Assembly (NCBI RefSeq): GCF_016433145.1 | Contig: NC_058130.1 | Location: 121,022,412-121,086,411, forward strand | Length of the DNA stretch: 64,000 nt | Reading direction: 5' to 3' | Origin: Gracilinanus agilis | Lineage: Eukaryota | Shown: positions 61,588 to 64,000 of the stretch, in pieces | How positions within the stretch are numbered: the stretch's first letter is position 1 | How the letters are laid out: every line of letters starts with the position of its first letter | Notes under the pieces: model-generated | What the model was told of the DNA's origin: nothing | Seen by the model: only the letters and a program-made list of their open reading frames with translations | The model's database searches: none | Translations under genes and position numbers: made by a program

Positions 61588-63509
61588 CTCTAGAATATTG
61601 CTACTTTGTTTCTAAGAGAACTTACCTCCATTCCCCTGCTTATTTCCAATGCTTCTTGTGATCATTTGGTCTTTCCTTTTTATGCTGTCATCACTAAGAA
61701 ATCAGCCCAGAAAGTTGGCTTGTCATTGATGGGAATCATCATTTATTTAGGTTTCAAATAGATAGTTTTACCTCATCATGGAAAAACAACCAAAATTTAT
61801 TTATTTGAGTTAAAGTGGTGATTTAATATTATATGTTAATGTACTGTCATGTACATATGACAGTAGAATCAAAGAATTTAAGAAAACTTATAAAACATTT
61901 ATTCCAACTTAGATGAGCTCTGATGATTTCTGACAATTGTGCATTTCACCTTTCTAACACCTACAAAACTAGGATTGTCTTTCACTTTTAATCATTAGAA
62001 TGTCAAAATAATATCCTCTTAAAGATGAGATTATTGCAAATACAAATAAAATATCATTTGTGTACATATGTGTACACATATGCATACATATGTGTTTTAT
62101 ATTTATATTCATATCTTTCTATACATCTGTTCTCAAATGGATAGTCAAACCATTAGCTTTAGTTCCCTGGTTTGCCTTTTCTCTTTTTTTCCCTGGTTCT
62201 CTATTTTCTATTACTAAGCTTATCCAATTAAATCATTTATAAAATTGAAACACTGTTTACAAATTTCCTCATTAATAAAATGAAGGGAGTTAACTAGATG
62301 GCCAAAAAGATCACTTCCAGCTCTAAATCTGTGATTCTATGAATCTTTTGAGCACAGAAGCTGTTGTATTCATCTCTCTGCAATAAAACCAACTTGCTCA
62401 TTTGTACCAACCTCTTTAAATTCTGCTACTCTTATTTGCAATTTTAACTTTCTTAAATATCTGCCTTATCGTAAGGCAATAAAATTAAAGAATTTAAGAA
62501 AACTTACAAAATATCTATTCTAACTTAGCATCAGAGATGTTTCATTAATTACCTAAGGTCAGACATTAATCTGGTGATCAGAAATATCTATGAAGCAATG
62601 AGGTGGCACAACAGACAGAGGGTTTAAATTATTTGGGCAATTCACATTCAATCTGTTTTATCCTCTATTTCTAAGTCTGTTCAAAAGATGTGGTGACCTG
62701 TTTTCCTGTGTTGTTGTGAGGACCAAATGATAAAATATTTGTAAAGTATTTTTCAAAATTAAAGTACTATATAAATGCCAATATTTTCTTTTTTAATTTT
62801 TAAAAATCTTTTTTTTCACTCCTTTCTCCTTTCTGCTTCTGACTTTTCTTTTTGTTCCAACTCTGATGATTTCTAACGATTGTGCATTTCACATTTCTAA
62901 CTCCCACAAACCCATGATTGGCTTTCATTTTTAATCATTTAGAATGCCAAAATAATATCCTCTTAAAAGTGAGATTATTGCAAATACAAATCAAATATAA
63001 TTTGCCCTAGAACATTGGTAGCACTAAAAAGCAAAAACAAAGGAAACAAGACCTGTGGATGAATTCTTTATATGTTCTTTTTCTTGCTTGTTAGGAAAAT
63101 AATCATATTTTGGTCAGTGCAATTTGTTTTTATAAGATTGTGGCAAAAATTGTATTTTAAAAGAATAGCAAATTTCTAGTATTCTTCTGTCAGTTAAGAG
63201 GGTTATACTTAACTCTCTCTCATGCCCATTCTGTCTATGATCTTATGACATGTAAACATCCCCCTTGTCTCCATAGTAGTCTACCTCTTTTTTAAAGCCT
63301 GAGATCACCTCCTAACAGACTTCCCTTGGCTACTTCTCAGCTAACATTATTCTTCTCTTCTTAAATTTTTCACTTTTGCTAGATCTACAGGGGAAACAAA
63401 GAAAGAAATGTTCTAAAGGGAGTTCCTAAATGTTTATGTATCCTAAAGTTAGGATAATTTATATAGAATGACAGATAAGTAAAAGTAGTTTAGGAGAGAG
63501 AATACACAC

Positions 63510-63930
63510 TTGGTTAAAGGCAGAGGAAGTGGTCAGGAAAGACTTTGGGAATTTGCAGGTGAGCTGAGATATAAAAAAGTCATTTATTTAATGAGATATG
63601 CATTAGGAGAGGGAGGGCATCCTAGACATGGAAAATAGTTTATTCAAATAAATGAAGGTGAAAGATTGTGTGATGATTTCATGGAACAGCTACTAAAGCA
63701 GTTTTGGCCCATGTAGGGCACAAAGAGAAGGAAATAATTTGAAACATCAGGAAAAATAGGTGGGAACAAACTAGTGAAGGGCCTTACATGCCAAAAAGAG
63801 GCAGTTGTTTTGTAGCAGGGGCAACTGGGAATAACTGAAGAATATGGAACAGGAGAGTAAACTATTTTTTTGTCATTTTTGTTTCTAAGAAATATTAATT
63901 TGGTAGGATGCAAAGGCAGTGAAATAAATG
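63510..63930 (-). mobile_element. L2 fragment
   Basis: gaaagactt...gagctgag..., aaaaataggtgggaacaaactagtgaagggccttacatgcc, gaaatattaatttggtagg. Confidence 0.75.
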
Positions 63931-64000
63931 AGTAGGAATTCCTCTTTTAGATGAAGGTAATCTCTTCCTCTTAATATTCCTGAAAGCAGTTTGACTCAAC

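Noticed and set aside
1-64000. CRISPR arrays, operons, rRNA/tRNA genes, numts, non-retroviral endogenous viral elements
   Set aside because: No regularly spaced repeat-spacer array or recognisable sequence of these types was seen; tRNA-like boxes occur only in SINE heads. A profile search could still reveal very old relics.

Overview
AT-rich, repeat-dense marsupial genomic DNA, most likely a didelphid opossum (Monodelphis domestica-like), judged from near-intact SINE1_Mdo-type SINEs, L1_Mdo-type LINE-1 and OposCharlie-type hAT MITEs. I find no intact protein-coding gene, CpG island or prokaryotic feature, so this looks like an intergenic region or a very large intron. Well-supported content: a decayed processed GAPDH pseudogene (14652-15130, minus); a young 5'-inverted (twin-primed) L1 with TSD and an assembly-gap duplication (32916-34745); a two-LTR, pol-deleted gamma-like (ERV1) provirus with gag remnant, integrase C-terminus, tRNA-Arg PBS and 4-bp TSD (43865-49037, minus); four other solo or partial LTRs; four hAT MITEs; a Tigger1 end; a 7SL-derived copy; and many MIR/L2/L3/RTE/L1 fragments. 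The most unusual observation is that the provirus ends are asymmetric. The 3' LTR runs past its canonical CA into a PBS-like decamer plus a 17-nt tail that carries the TSD, and a second, unrelated LTR in the window ends the same way. Repeat family names are from memory of consensus sequences, not from a database search. Boundaries of old repeats are approximate.
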